A model generated the notes under the pieces. That model saw nothing but the letters and a program-made list of their open reading frames with translations, ran no database searches and was not told the DNA's origin. A DNA stretch of 63,957 bases, filler included, from Octopus bimaculoides (Eukaryota): assembly GCF_001194135.2 (NCBI RefSeq). It is 7 parts of 7 records of this genome, joined end to end, with 100 filler letters (N's around TTAATTAATTAA, not from the genome) between each part and the next. Parts side by side here need not be neighbours in the genome. Positions count along the whole stretch, not along the records: positions 42,479 to 57,490 come from NC_068991.1; positions 57,591 to 59,962 come from NW_026318897.1; positions 60,063 to 62,850 come from NC_069006.1; positions 62,951 to 63,957 come from NW_026331997.1; 3 more parts are not named here. One strand, written 5' to 3'. Shown here in pieces: positions 51,985-63,957 of this stretch; the first letter of the stretch is position 1; each line of letters begins with the position of its first letter. Both the position numbers and the translations under genes were made by a program.

Positions 51985-52445
51985 ATAGTTTCAAATTTTG
52001 CCACAAAAGCAGCAGTTTGGGGGGAGGGGGGGGAGTCAATTACATTGACCCCAGTGTTCAACTGGTACTTATTTTAACGACCTTGAAAGGATGAAAGGCA
52101 AAGTCGACCTCGGCAGAATTTGAACTCAAAGGCAGCGAGCTGGCAGAATTGTTAGCACGCCGGGCGAAATGCTTAGCAGTATTTCGTCTGCCGTTAGGTT
52201 CTGAGTTCAGATTTTGCCGAGGTCGACTTTGCCTTTCATCCTTTCAGGGTCGATAAATTAAGTACCAGTTACGCACTGGAGGTTGATGTAATCGACTTAA
52301 TCCCTTTGTCTGTCCTTGTTTGTCCCCTCTATGTTTAGCCGCTTGTGGGTAATAAAGAAATAAGAATTTGAACTCAGAACAAAGCGTTGGGCAAAATTCC
52401 ACTAAGCATTTCGTCCAGCATGCTAACAATTCTGCCAACTTGCTG
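51985..52445. mobile_element. Cluster of three family B SINEs (-, +, -)
   Basis: Repeated B core in alternating orientation. Confidence 0.8.
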
Positions 52446-52646
52446 TCTTAATAATAATAATAATAAATCTAATATGGTGTTGCAGCCACTCTAATATATA
52501 TTTTAGATTGCAAAAATAAAAAAGGAGTGGTGGTGGTCAAGCAACAGATAAACCTGCTTTCCCCTATTCACTCCCACTACTAGTCCATTTGTGTTGTATC
52601 TTGCCACCACTTCTTGTCTCCTCTATCAGCACTACAACGGCTACTC

Positions 52647-52880
52647 TTAAACCTTTAGCATTTAAACTAGCCATATCTGGCCTAAATATTCTATCTGTTT
52701 TATGTTGAAAGTGGCCAGCTCCAGCCTCTCACACCTACTCTACAATGTTATTCTAAAAATAAACCCAAAAATAAACAATTGCATGATCGAAATCTCAAAG
52801 CTAAAAAAAAAAAGATAACACATGATTAATTCAAAACGTGAATAAGCATTACATGAGACAGAGAAATTTGAATTATATAG
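52647..52880 (+). mobile_element. piggyBac-like MITE (family G), uninterrupted
   Basis: ttaaacctttagcatttaaactagccatatc...catgattaattcaaaac. Confidence 0.65.
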
Positions 52881-53293
52881 CACTCCTGTACAGTCATGGC
52901 CATTACAATTGCATTTGCTCTAGTTGCCAAGATTGTTGTGTCACATATCTAAACTCCATACTCAGTGACCAGACTTATGAGTTAACAACAACAAAATCTT
53001 TAAATTAAGAACATTAAAAATCTGTTTAGGAGAAATATAAGCTTCAAGTTCATGTTGGTTGGTTCATGTCCCCATAACTAACAGTTCAACAAAGAGAGAC
53101 TGATATAATAGGTACTACCAGCCTTAAAATGTACTGGGGCTGATTTGTTCCACAAGACCTTGCAATGCAATGCTCCAGCATGGCCATGGTCCAATGACTG
53201 AAACAAGTAAAAGATAAAAAAAAACCTTTAAGTTCAAACCCAGCCCAGAGATTTGTTACATTCAGGAATATGACATGTATAAATGGACAGGGA

Positions 53294-53675
53294 TGTTGGC
53301 ATTCCGTCGCTTACGACGTTGAGGGTTCCAGTTGATCTGATCAACAGAAAAGCCTGCTCGTGAAATTAACATGCAAGTGGCTGAGTATTCCACAGACACG
53401 TGTACCCTTAACGTAGTTCTCGGGGATATTCAGCGTGACACAGTGTGACAAGGCTGACCCTTTGAATAACAGGCACAACAGAAACAGGAAGAAAGAGTGA
53501 GAGAAAGTTGTGGTGAAAGAGTACAGCAGGGTTCGCCACCATCCCCTGCCGGAGCCTTGTGGAGCTTTAGGTGTTTTCGCTCAATAAACACTCACAACGC
53601 CCGGTCTGGGAATCAAAACCGCGATCCTATGACCGCGAGTCCGCTGCCCTAACCACTGGGCCATTGCGCCTGCAC
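53294..53675 (-). mobile_element. SINE family C with 14-bp TSD (taaatgg(a/c)caggga)
   Basis: TSD at 53280-53293 and 53676-53689. Confidence 0.92.
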
Positions 53676-53957
53676 TAAATGGCCAGGGAATAGGTGAAAC
53701 AAAGCACAACATAAAACAGAGAAACATGAGTAAAAGTGCTGTTAACTATTCAGTTGTGATGTAGAAGTTGTTACTGAGCTACATGTTTTGCTCATGAGCT
53801 CAATACGATGATAATGAATTTTCAAGTCATGACCATGTGTCATGACTTGAAGTATATAAACATGATAACCTACATCCTTTTGGCCTGTGCCATATACAAA
53901 ATTGATAAATGCATATATAATAGCGTGTACGAGTAGTATATATATTATATATTAATA

Positions 53958-53994
<37 letters not shown>

Positions 53995-55165
53995 ACGCAT
54001 ATTTAAAATCACATACACACCACATAATACATGTACGAGTGGTTGTATATATTTACATGATTTAATCAAAATGCAAACCAAATTACACAGAAAGCTTGTT
54101 AGTCTCATTATCATAAGCATAACTAATGACTTTTGCTACTTCCTTACCTATTAATAGTACATACTTATTCATTCACACACAATTTTATATGCACACACAC
54201 ACACACACACACAAATGTATACTGTATAAACATATAAAACAAGGAACACACACATATATACACTGTCACAAAGTCAAGAACAAACAGAATGAAAGCAGTC
54301 CATCATATACGCATACACAAATGGATACAAATACATATACATGCATGCATGCATTACCTAAACTCCTTTGACTTACTCACGCATATGCAAAGGCACAAAT
54401 AGAAGTTACATTAGTTCTACACACACACAACTTTCAACTCCAAAGACCAGCTTATAGCTTACAGTGAAGGGCACTTCAATTAACAAGGCACCAGACATAT
54501 TACGTAATATCTCACTTCCTTTCTATAAACTGTTACTAGAGAGAGAAGGGATAAAGTACAGAAAAATGAAATACCCAAATTAACATGCCACCACCACCAC
54601 CACCACCAGCAATCAGAATTAACCTCAAGCCATCAAAGGAGCCTAAATGTGGACACTAAATCTGCTAGAAACTGTGGTTAAGTCTCCTATAAAATACACT
54701 TGGAAAACTTTTAAAAACAAACACAATGAATATGTAATTCTATATTTCGATAAAATAAACAAAAAAACATCATGGTTAGAATGTCTAAATTTCCTTCAAT
54801 TTATATCCTAAAAGAGCAAAATATATTGGATAATATAGGCTGAAGTAAATAATTTTAATTTGCTAAGACTTTTTATTATTTTAACCATCTCTCTCTTGGG
54901 GCTTCTTAAAAATTACTGCATAGGTTTACTTTAAAAGAATGAAGCAAGCATGGAAAGTGGACATTAAAATTATGATAATTATAATGAATGTTGACCATGC
55001 AATCTTTATAATGCATGACAATGTCAATGCTATAACAATCACTAGATTAAAGATAACACTGATGTACATAAACATACTTAATATATTTCAACAGATTTAA
55101 ATGTGAATATGCTAATCACGGTCATATTTCATCTTTAGAGAATGCCTTTGCCTTTCAAACAATGT

Positions 55166-55504
55166 GCTGAGACCCCCTTCGGTCATGACTGACCATGGGA
55201 TTGCACCTAGAAAGTTACCCTCCCAGGCACAAGTCCGGGCAAAGTTGTTTATGGGAGACCAGTAGTCGCCCATGCATACCAGCCTCCCCTCTCCATGTCA
55301 CTGATGTTATCCAAGGGAAAAGCAAAGGCCGATACAGCTTGGCACCTGTGACGTCGCAACTCATTTCTACAGCTGAATGAACTGGAGCAACGTGAAATAA
55401 AGTGTCTTGCTCAAGAACACAACACGCAGCCCAGTCCGGGATTCGAACTCACAACCTCGCGATCATAAGCCAGACGCTCTAACCACTGAGCCATGTGCCT
55501 TCAC
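55166..55504 (-). mobile_element. SINE family F (tRNA head, V-domain-like tgtgttcttgagcaagacact) with 12-bp TSD
   Basis: TSD ttcaaacaatgt at 55154-55165 and 55505-55516; older heads at ~22500-22625 and ~33495-33612. Confidence 0.85.
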
Positions 55505-55564
55505 TTCAAACAATGTATGTTTAGAATAAAGATAGCTTGCAAATTAATTATCCCAAGATTTACA

Positions 55565-55922
55565 TACTCTTTTACTCTTTTACTTGTTTCTGTCATTTGA
55601 CTGCGGCCATGCTAGAGCACCGCCTTTAGACGAGCAAATCGACCCCAGGACTTATTCTTTGGAAGCCTAGTACTTATTCTATCAGTCTCTTTTGCCGAAC
55701 CGCTAAGTTACGGGGATGTAAACACACCAGCATCAGTTGTCAAGCGATGTTGGGGGACAAACACATACACACACATATATACATATATATACATATATAC
55801 GACGGGCTTCTTTCAGTTTCCATCTACCAAATCCACTCACAAGGCTTTGGTTGGCCCGAGGCTATAGTAGAAGACACTTGCCCAAGGTGTCACGCAGTGG
55901 GACAGAACCCAGAACCATGTGG
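55565..55922 (-). mobile_element. SINE family A (head runs into a gap)
   Basis: Match to the other A copies. Confidence 0.88.
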
Positions 55923-56486
55923 NNNNNNNNNNAAGTAATTAACAAAATCAATGTACATATATTTCCAGCTAAGTTAAGAGACTTACAAAAAATTTTTTCC
56001 AATAAAAGTGCTGAACACTACTGAAAAACATTGCTTTTTATGAAAAAGTTCCCTATTTCTGAGTGTATCCAAAACAATAAAACTTTAAGGCTCCAACTCT
56101 GGGACATTCTAAGTGCAGAAATTCAATCTAAAATAATGTCAGATAAAATACCTCATGGTATTTATTTCAACTTTTTGTGCTCTTTGTACAAATTCCATCA
56201 AGATCAACTTTGCTTTTTATCTTTTTGAGGGTATATTTTTAAAATGTATTAACCCAGAGCAGCAGATTAGTTGAACTGTAGGAACATTGGATTAGATACT
56301 TTGTGATATTTGTTCTGACCCTTTGCCTTCTGAGCTAAAATCCCACTGTGGCTTACTCGGTTAAAAGACTTAATCCATTGTTCAGTTTAACCCCACCATA
56401 TAGCATCCAAATCTACCTCAAATTATACACTACAGTCTTAAAAGCAAAAGCAGATGCTGAATAACAGATTCTTAGATATCCTGGAG

Positions 56487-56848
56487 TGGAGGCGCAATGG
56501 CCCAGTGGTTAGGGCAGCGGACTCATGGTCATAGGATCGCGGTTTCGATTCCCAGACCGAGCGTTGTTTATTGAGAGAAAACACCTAAAGCTCCACGAGG
56601 CTCTGGCAGGGGATGGTGGTGAACCCTGCTGTACTCTTTCACCACAACTTTCTCTCACTCTTACTTCCTGTTTCTGTTGTGCCTGTAATTCAAAGGGTCG
56701 GCCTTGTCACACTGTGTCACGCTGAATATCCCCGAGAACTATGTTAAAGGTACACGTGTCTGTGGAGTGCTCAGCCACTTGCACGTTAATTTCACAAGCA
56801 GGCTGTTCTGGAACCCTCGACGCCGTAAGCAACAGAGTGCCAACAAGA
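56487..56848 (+). mobile_element. SINE family C with 12-bp TSD (agatatcctgga)
   Basis: TSD flanks both ends; two small internal deletions. Confidence 0.92.
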
Positions 56849-57182
56849 AGATATCCTGGAAAAGACAAGAGAATCGTAGCCGGAATGCATTTCATCACAG
56901 GTTTGCTCAATTGGGAATGGCCTGGGGTTAAACAACAATAAAAACAATAAATATATAAGTTTAGAGTTATTTCATTAAATCCCTCTAAAATCTTAATTAT
57001 ATCAGAAATTAATTAAAACACTTAGGCAGTTTTACTCATTAGAAATTCAGTCATGCAAAGATTAAAAGAACAGCGAGAAAGTAGGGTTCTTTTATGTGTG
57101 TTTATTTTAAATTTAAAATCACCCAGATCGTGAAAGTACAACTGACCCAAGTCCCTCATCTCAAGAAGGAAACAACTTGTGA

Positions 57183-57425
57183 ACTATCACCTTTAATGCC
57201 TTCGTTAACTCCTTCCATGCCCATGCCATAGAACTCACCTCTACCACCTCCACCAGCTCTCTCAACTTCTTGGACATCTCAATTTCTGTTGAACACCAAT
57301 CTCTCTCCACTGTTGTCTTTTACAAACTCACTGATTCCCATTTCTACGTAAATTTCACTTCATCGCACCCCATTCACATTGAACTGGCTACCCCCTACTC
57401 ACAATTCTTCTGCATCTACTGCTAA
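57183..57425 (+). mobile_element. Penelope-like (Neptune-like) RT C-terminal fragment
   Basis: FVNSFH..IELT...SLNFLDISISV...STVVFYKLTDSHFYVNFTSSHP.H....PYSQF. Confidence 0.8.
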
Positions 57426-57590
57426 TATGGTGAAGTCAGAGTTTAAAGACCAGTCATACCATAAAGTCCATTTCTTTCTACAATGATTATNNNNNNNNNN
57501 NNNNNNNNNNNNNNNNNNNNNNNNNNNNNNNNNNTTAATTAATTAANNNNNNNNNNNNNNNNNNNNNNNNNNNNNNNNNNNNNNNNNNNN

Positions 57591-57869
57591 GAAACTGCCA
57601 TCGCATAAATTCAAATGGCACGGCAGAGTGACTAAGGTTCATGGGGGTTAATAACTTTGTCACGCCAGCAGACGGTCGATCAGAATGGTTGTCGTCAGAA
57701 TTAAGGTCCTAATTTTTTTGATGAAAAGACGCGCACCGTTGCATAGTTCTGGTGGTTCCACGTTTCTCAGCAGCATAACTAGAACACCAACATTCAGTCT
57801 AAGGTCATGATTTGGAAATCTGGGAGGTAGTTGGATGTTGAGGAATTCAGTAGGTGTACAAATTTTCAT
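57591..57869 (-). mobile_element. Helitron PIF1-like helicase fragment
   Basis: PTEFLN...FPNHDLRLNVGVLVMLLRNVEPPELCNGARL matches Helitron helicase YPTEFLNSL..LPPHxLxLKVGxPIMLLRNLxPPxLCNGTRL. Confidence 0.85.
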
Positions 57870-58460
57870 CTCAATCTGATTTTTGCTTGCACAACTGCAT
57901 GTGAGACAACATCTGCCCTTTTCACAAATATATATTAGAATAGCAGAGATACCCGGCCTTGCTCGGGATTAAAATAGTTTATTATTGTTTTACTTGTTTC
58001 AGTCTTATAACCCAATTTCATTCGGATCTACGCGGGTCACATTTTAAAAGATGATGAATTTTGCCCTAGAGGCCACGCCTTTCAAATGAGCAAACTGAAA
58101 GTTGCCATGCCAACTCGCCAACACTTTTAACATAGGTGTGCAAATTTCCAGCTCAATTCGACCACATTTACTAACACTTTTGCCTGAACAACTTCTTGTG
58201 AGACAACGTCCGTCCTTTTCACAAATATGTAGTAGACTTACAGAGATAGCGGCCTTGTTCGGGATTAAAATAGCATAGTTTTTCATTGTTTTACTTGTTT
58301 GTTATTATAACCTGATTTCATTCGAGTCTACTCGGGCTATATTTTAAAAGATGAGAAATTTTGCCCCAGAGGCCACGCCTTTCAGTTGAGCAAACTCAAA
58401 GTTGCCATACAAACTTACCAGCACTTTTAACATAGGTTAAATCCGACCACATATGCACAC
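57870..58460 (+). mobile_element. Tandem ~297-bp non-autonomous Helitron-like units
   Basis: gtgagacaac at 57901 and 58198; each unit has a gagatacccggccttgctcggg-type stem-loop near its start. Confidence 0.6.
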
Positions 58461-58619
58461 ATTATATATATATATATACATACGCTTTAAGGTGATCTTT
58501 CGGTATGAGAACTGTGTTTATCACTTCTTAAAGCACGTGTATTTGTTTATGTTTCTGAAGAAGATCGTCGGTTTCCGTAAAAGATTTTGACTTTTTTACG
58601 TATGTGGGGTGGGATGAAG

Positions 58620-58900
58620 GGAATCTTTTGAAGTGCCATTATCCCGGCGTAGATGAACTTTTTTGTTTGAGATTCCAAGAAACTTCCTACAGCGTCTAAG
58701 ACGTCATTGTCACTGGCAAATTGGCGACCAGCCAGAGCGAAAGTGGAGGAAAGGGAGGAAAGAGAGAGATCGAGGAAGGCAGGGTGATATCTGAAAGAGA
58801 GAAACGATAAACACTTGTCAAAGTCTGGGTTTTGTTGCCCTAGTAACCACAGATTTTGAGATGGACATTTCTAACCTAGTCCAGTCGCTTCTACGCCTCA
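58620..58900 (-). mobile_element. mariner transposase C-terminal remnant
   Basis: LAGRQFASDNDVLDAVGSFLESQTKKFIYAGIMALQK. Confidence 0.7.
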
Positions 58901-58972
58901 CTTTACATGTCACTGTAAATTTTCGCCGCAATCCGAGCACGCCTACTGCCATTGAACCATGCATAACCATAA

Positions 58973-59900
58973 ATGAGACATGCAAACATTCAACTTTCGG
59001 CCATTTCACTTTTATATATAGAGATTATGAATGCGAGGAAGTCATTACTTTTTCATAATTCCTATTGGCTAAAAAAGAATAGGAAGGATTTATTTGATGC
59101 GGTAATGGTGGGATATGACGGTGCAGAGATGGTTTACTTTGTAGGCCTCTATATCCTAGATATCCTTGGAAAAGAAATAAAATTTGCCAACCTAGATTTA
59201 TATAGGGATGATTGCCTGGGAATGGTCACAATAAAAACGGACACAATATGTATAAGATATGGAAAATATGCGAAATATTTAGCGAATTATGTCTAAGAAC
59301 CACAATTAATATCAGCCTTAAAGAAGTCAACTTCCTAGATGTTGACATGAACCTATGAACAGGCAAATTTAAACCCTGTTATAAATCAAATGAGGAAGTC
59401 TCGTATATAGACATAAGCTCCAACCACCTACTAGTATTCATTAAACAGCTAGTTAACAACATTAGCAGGCGCGTCTCCAATCTATCTACCGATAAAAACA
59501 CTTTTGTAAAAGCCGCCCCATACTATAATGCTGCAGTAGAGAGCTCCAGCCTCAAGAAGAGAAACAAAAGCGTATGTCGGAATGACGGGCAACGTGTCCA
59601 AAGAAAGGTACACACAATACCGGGCATCATTCAGAGACAAAAAAAAACGACATGTAACATCCCTATCCAATATAATATGGACATTGAAAGAAGGTAGAAT
59701 AAATAACCCCAGATAAAATGGAGCAGAATTGCTAAAGCCATATAATATTAGAGGACGGGGTACCAAATGTGCACTCTGAATCACTGAAAACTAAATATCA
59801 TACCGTCAAAAGATAACATCTTAAATATTAGAGAAGAGATCTTCTCTCCCTGCATATACAAGCAATATTTCACACTTGGACACATCCAAGAAGAACCACC
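58973..59900 (+). mobile_element. Penelope-like element of another clade, degenerate RT + endonuclease
   Basis: ARKSLLF..W.KK...FDAVMVGYDGAE...VGLYIL...LYRDD; KEVNFLDV; SNH; later WTLKE..IKWS..and LNIREEIFSPC; frameshifts and stops. Confidence 0.85.
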
Positions 59901-59924
59901 ATCTGCGCCGCTAATACTGCCAAG

Positions 59925-59962
<38 letters not shown>

Positions 59963-61149
59963 NNNNNNNNNNNNNNNNNNNNNNNNNNNNNNNNNNNNNN
60001 NNNNNNTTAATTAATTAANNNNNNNNNNNNNNNNNNNNNNNNNNNNNNNNNNNNNNNNNNNNGTGCGTGCGTGCGTGCGTGTGTGTGTGTGTCTGTCTCT
60101 CACCAATGCTAGACAACCAGAGTTGGTGTGTTTATGTCCCCATAACTTAGTAGTTTGACAAAAAAGAGACTGATAGAATAAGTGCCAGCCTTTAAAAAAA
60201 ATAATTTATTCAACTAAGCATTCTTAAAGGTGGCACTCCAGTATGACTGAAGTTTAATGGCGGAAGCAAATAAAAAAAAAAAAGTGACATTATTCACTTA
60301 CAAATTTGAAGAGGATCCAATGAAAACAATTCTAAGAACAAAATGTTGGTCAACTTATAATTTAGATTTCTCTTATTTATTCCCCACCCTTACTCTTTTT
60401 TGGATGCAATTTTTTCTTGATAAATTTTGTATGAATAAATTTTTCAAAGTTGCTCTCCATATAAATGGTCACTAAATTTCAAGTATTCAAGGAAAACCTC
60501 TCTTGTAAAATCTTCACTTATCTTTAAAAAATGACAAAGTGAAAAAAAAATCTATGTACTTTTTGGTGACAGACAGAATGTAGCACATGACAGATCTGGT
60601 ATTATTATCTCTGGAAAATAGACATCAATAATGAACTAATTGTCAGAGCGGAGCTAAATATTCATGATGGAAATGAAACACAAAAGACTCAATTAAGAGA
60701 TGTGCTTGTTGATGTCATTTATAACTGGCATAAGTTAATGACACAATTATCTCTGTAAAATGGATGTGAACATAAATGACAGTAAATATAAGAGTTTAAT
60801 TAAAATTTCATTGTTGATGAGGAAATTAAAATGGTTTTCTAAATAACTAAGGTGAAAAAATGGTAAAGGAAACAATCCAGAAATTTCATTTAAAATAAAT
60901 GAAATATGGAAAGCAATAGGCTTCAACCTCAATATTGTTTGTATTTGTGTTGTATTTGCAGCACCAACATTAACAAGGTTACGTATAAAAATAGACACAA
61001 ACACTTTACAGAAAATAGTAATAGAAGAGTCAGCAAATGTTGTTAAGGCATTCTTGTAAAAGCATTTGTTAACCTTCACAACCACTCTTCTATGTGTCTT
61101 CACATTTAACTCCTGGTTTAAGAAAGGAAAATTTAAATATATTTCTCAA

Positions 61150-61400
61150 ACCGAAACAAAGAAATTGAAAAAAATGAGAAATACTGGGACCTAACCAGAG
61201 AAATGAAAAAATTACGAAAGACTAAGATGATAATTAATGATGTAATAATAGATGCAGTTGGCACCACATCCAGACTGTTACTTTAAGAGATTGGGATTTA
61301 GACTTGCATTGTGAACCTGCAGATAAAAAGGGAAATTCTGTATTCTGCAAGAATCTTAAAAAAGTTTCTTGAGATTTGAAGAGACTTGCTGTCACCAAAC
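61150..61400 (+). mobile_element. R4/Dong-like LINE 3' end (REL endonuclease region), degenerate
   Basis: EKYWDLTREMKKL...DAVGT...SARILKKFLEI*RDLLS resembles EKYQDLAREIKRLW...GALGT...TARILRKVLEI. Confidence 0.6.
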
Positions 61401-61409
61401 CACAAGACT

Positions 61410-61613
61410 CTAGTGCTTAACTGGTACTTAATTTACTGACCCTCAAAAGATGAAAGGCAAAGTCGACCTCAGCGGAATTTGAACTCAGAACATTGAAGAC
61501 TGGCGAAATACCAGTAAGCGTTTCACTCGGCATGCAAACAATTCTGCCAGCTCAAGAACTCTTCTATCTATCTATTACATTTCTGCTGAGTTACTTCAGA
61601 CCTTTATATGAAC

Positions 61614-61667
<54 letters not shown>

Positions 61668-62850
61668 TGATGACAACAACAAAAGTAAAACAGAATATAA
61701 AAGAAACAAAAAATTGGATAGCATTAAAATTGGTAAAAAAAAAAAAGCCAGATAAAGTACAGTGTGGTTGTAAAAAGGGGGTTTGATAGCAGGGTTGGGA
61801 TTAATGTCAAAAGAAACAAGAATGGAATAAACAGAGATTGGTTGAGGGAACAAGGGTTAATAAAAAGAAAAAGCTATCTACTCAAATAACTACAATAAAA
61901 GAACAGGAAGCAATAGGAGAAGAAGGAGAAATAACATTTGTATAAGGTTAACATGAGTTCCCTTCAAACAAAGGGAAAAGACAGTTTTACTCACTCTCGT
62001 AAGAATCTACACTCATTTTGGTTTGTTTATTTGTATTTTTTGTTAATATTTTATGCTTTCAATTATTTTTTGTTGATTTAAAAAATTTTTTTTTTTTTTA
62101 AATATCTGGTTACCCTAATCTTCTGAAAGAAAAAAAACAACAAAAGAGTATAAAACAAAAAATAAATGATGAGAGTAGTAATAACCATGGCAACAGAAAA
62201 AAAAAAGGAAATATTGGTTTCAAATTTTGGCACAAGACCAGCAATTAGGGGAAATTGATTATATCGACCCCCCATGTGCAACTGGTACTTATTTTATCAA
62301 CCCTGAAAGGATGAAAGGCAAAGTCAACCACAGTAGAATTTGAACTCAGAATGTAAAGATCGACAAAATATCATTAAGCATTTTGTCCAGTGTGCTAATA
62401 ATTCTGCCAGCTTGTCATCTTTACAATAATAATCCTTTCTACTTTAGGCACAAGGCCCGAAATTATAGGGGAGGGGTATAGTCAATTACATTGACCCCAG
62501 TACTGCACTGGTACTTAATTTATCAACCCTGAAAAGATGAAGGGCAAAATCAAACTCAGCGGAATTTGAACTCAGAATGTTGCAACGGGTGAAATATCTC
62601 TAAGCATTTCACCCAGCATGCTAAATGATTCTGCCAGCTCACCGTCTTAATAATAATAGTCTCAAAGTTTGTCACAAGAGCAGTAATTTTGAGGGAGAAG
62701 ATGTGTCGATTACACTGACCCCAGTGTTCAACTGGTACTTAATTTATTGACCCCGAAAAGACAAAAGGTAAAGTCGACCTGGACGGAATTTGAACACAGA
62801 ACGTAACAGCAAACAAAATACTGTTAAGCATTTTGCCCAGTGTGCTAACG
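61410..62850 (-). mobile_element. Family B SINEs: one copy (~61410-61560) and a head-to-tail array of three (~62205-62850)
   Basis: ~215-bp repeats separated by (AAT)n. Confidence 0.82.
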
Positions 62851-63507
62851 NNNNNNNNNNNNNNNNNNNNNNNNNNNNNNNNNNNNNNNNNNNNTTAATT
62901 AATTAANNNNNNNNNNNNNNNNNNNNNNNNNNNNNNNNNNNNNNNNNNNNGCTTATTTATATAAAACAGGTGTTTTTTGGGGTTTTGTTTATAACAGAAC
63001 TTTTTTTTGTTTTTTTTGTTCTTTTGGGGTGAGGCTTTGGAGACAATGGAAGATGTATAAGAAGATAGATAGATAGACAGGCAGATAGAGAGATAGATAG
63101 ACAGGCAGATAGAGAGATAGATAGATAGATAGACTGATAGTCAGACAGATAGAGAGATGGATGTGGTAAAAGAAAGAGAGAAGGGCCATTGTATTGAAAT
63201 GGTCTTTTTAAGGAGCGTCAAAAAAGGTGGGGGGGGGGTAAAGCTTGTTTACTATGTACTGTATTGTTTTGAGAGAGTTTCTAGGGATGGTAGAAGAAGG
63301 AAGAAGAGAGAAGAAAAAATAGAGAATAATAAATAGAAAACATAAAGAAAACAAAAAATGTCTTCCTGTTTTTTCTTTGCTTTTAGTTCTTTCCTTTTAT
63401 ATTCTTTGTCCTTTCTTTTTATATACACTTTGAGTCCTATTTAGAATATATTCCTGTCATACATTTATTTACTTATTTATTTATTTTTCGTAAGGTGTAG
63501 TTCAAAC

Positions 63508-63957
63508 TTCTATTCGTGTCACTCATCACACATCAAAAGAAACATCCCATACAGCATGGCCAGATGCATCTGTGCTATAGAAAGTGACTCTAAAACGCGT
63601 GAAACCAGACTCAATGAACTGAAAGGCTTCCTTACTATACAAAAATACCCCTTAGGCCTAATTAATGAAGGAATTAAAAAGGCGATGGAACTGAATATCA
63701 CCCAACTACGGACACCAAAGGAAAAAGTTAATGAAAACACGATTCCGTTCATTAACACATACAGTCCTGGAATAACTAACATATTCCACGTCATAAAATC
63801 GAAATTGCCTATACGCCTTCAAAGCCCTAAGATGAAAACTCTGATTGAAAAAAACACCTTACGGAATAGCAGATGCCAACCAAAAAACCTTAAAAAACAC
63901 CTGACACGGGCAGAATTCAGATCAGCGACTAAACTAGAATTCATAGTAAAAGAATGT
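63508..63957 (+). mobile_element. Penelope-like (Neptune-like) RT thumb/linker, open 150 codons to the window edge
   Basis: SCHSSHIKRNIPYSMAR.I...KYPLGLI..GIKKA...IPFINTYSP...QPKNLKKHLTRA. Confidence 0.85.

Noticed and set aside
1-63957. BIR-domain exons, RING exon, rRNA or CRISPR arrays
   Set aside because: A manual scan of both strands found none. BIR and RING exons are presumably in gaps or outside the window.

Overview
AT-rich, repeat-saturated animal genomic DNA from a gapped draft assembly. The SINE repertoire and microsatellite load suggest a coleoid cephalopod such as Octopus (inference, not a database result). Almost all ORF-track entries are microsatellite or gap artefacts. One host gene is supported on the minus strand: the 3' half of an IAP/BIRC-like E3 ligase. 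It has phase-compatible exons at 19808-19906 and 17121-17148, a UBA-like exon at 13728-13853, a very large polyQ/H/S/P exon at 9432 to >=10949, and a pre-RING exon (RLEELLEENRNLK) at 8767-8803 that runs into a gap. No BIR or RING exon is visible. The rest is mobile DNA: several tRNA-derived SINE families (some with clear 12-14 bp TSDs), a VNTR-containing (GAT)n-tailed retroposon, piggyBac- and hAT-type MITEs, two mariners and a maT-like element, Helitron relics, RTE, CR1 and R4-like LINE fragments, and four Penelope-like fragments. The most unusual observations are a tRNA-headed SINE-like unit carrying a decayed Penelope-type minimal hammerhead ribozyme right behind a Penelope GIY-YIG ORF, the low-complexity linker of the IAP, a near-perfect 71-bp hairpin, and inverted SINE pairs flanking IAP exons.
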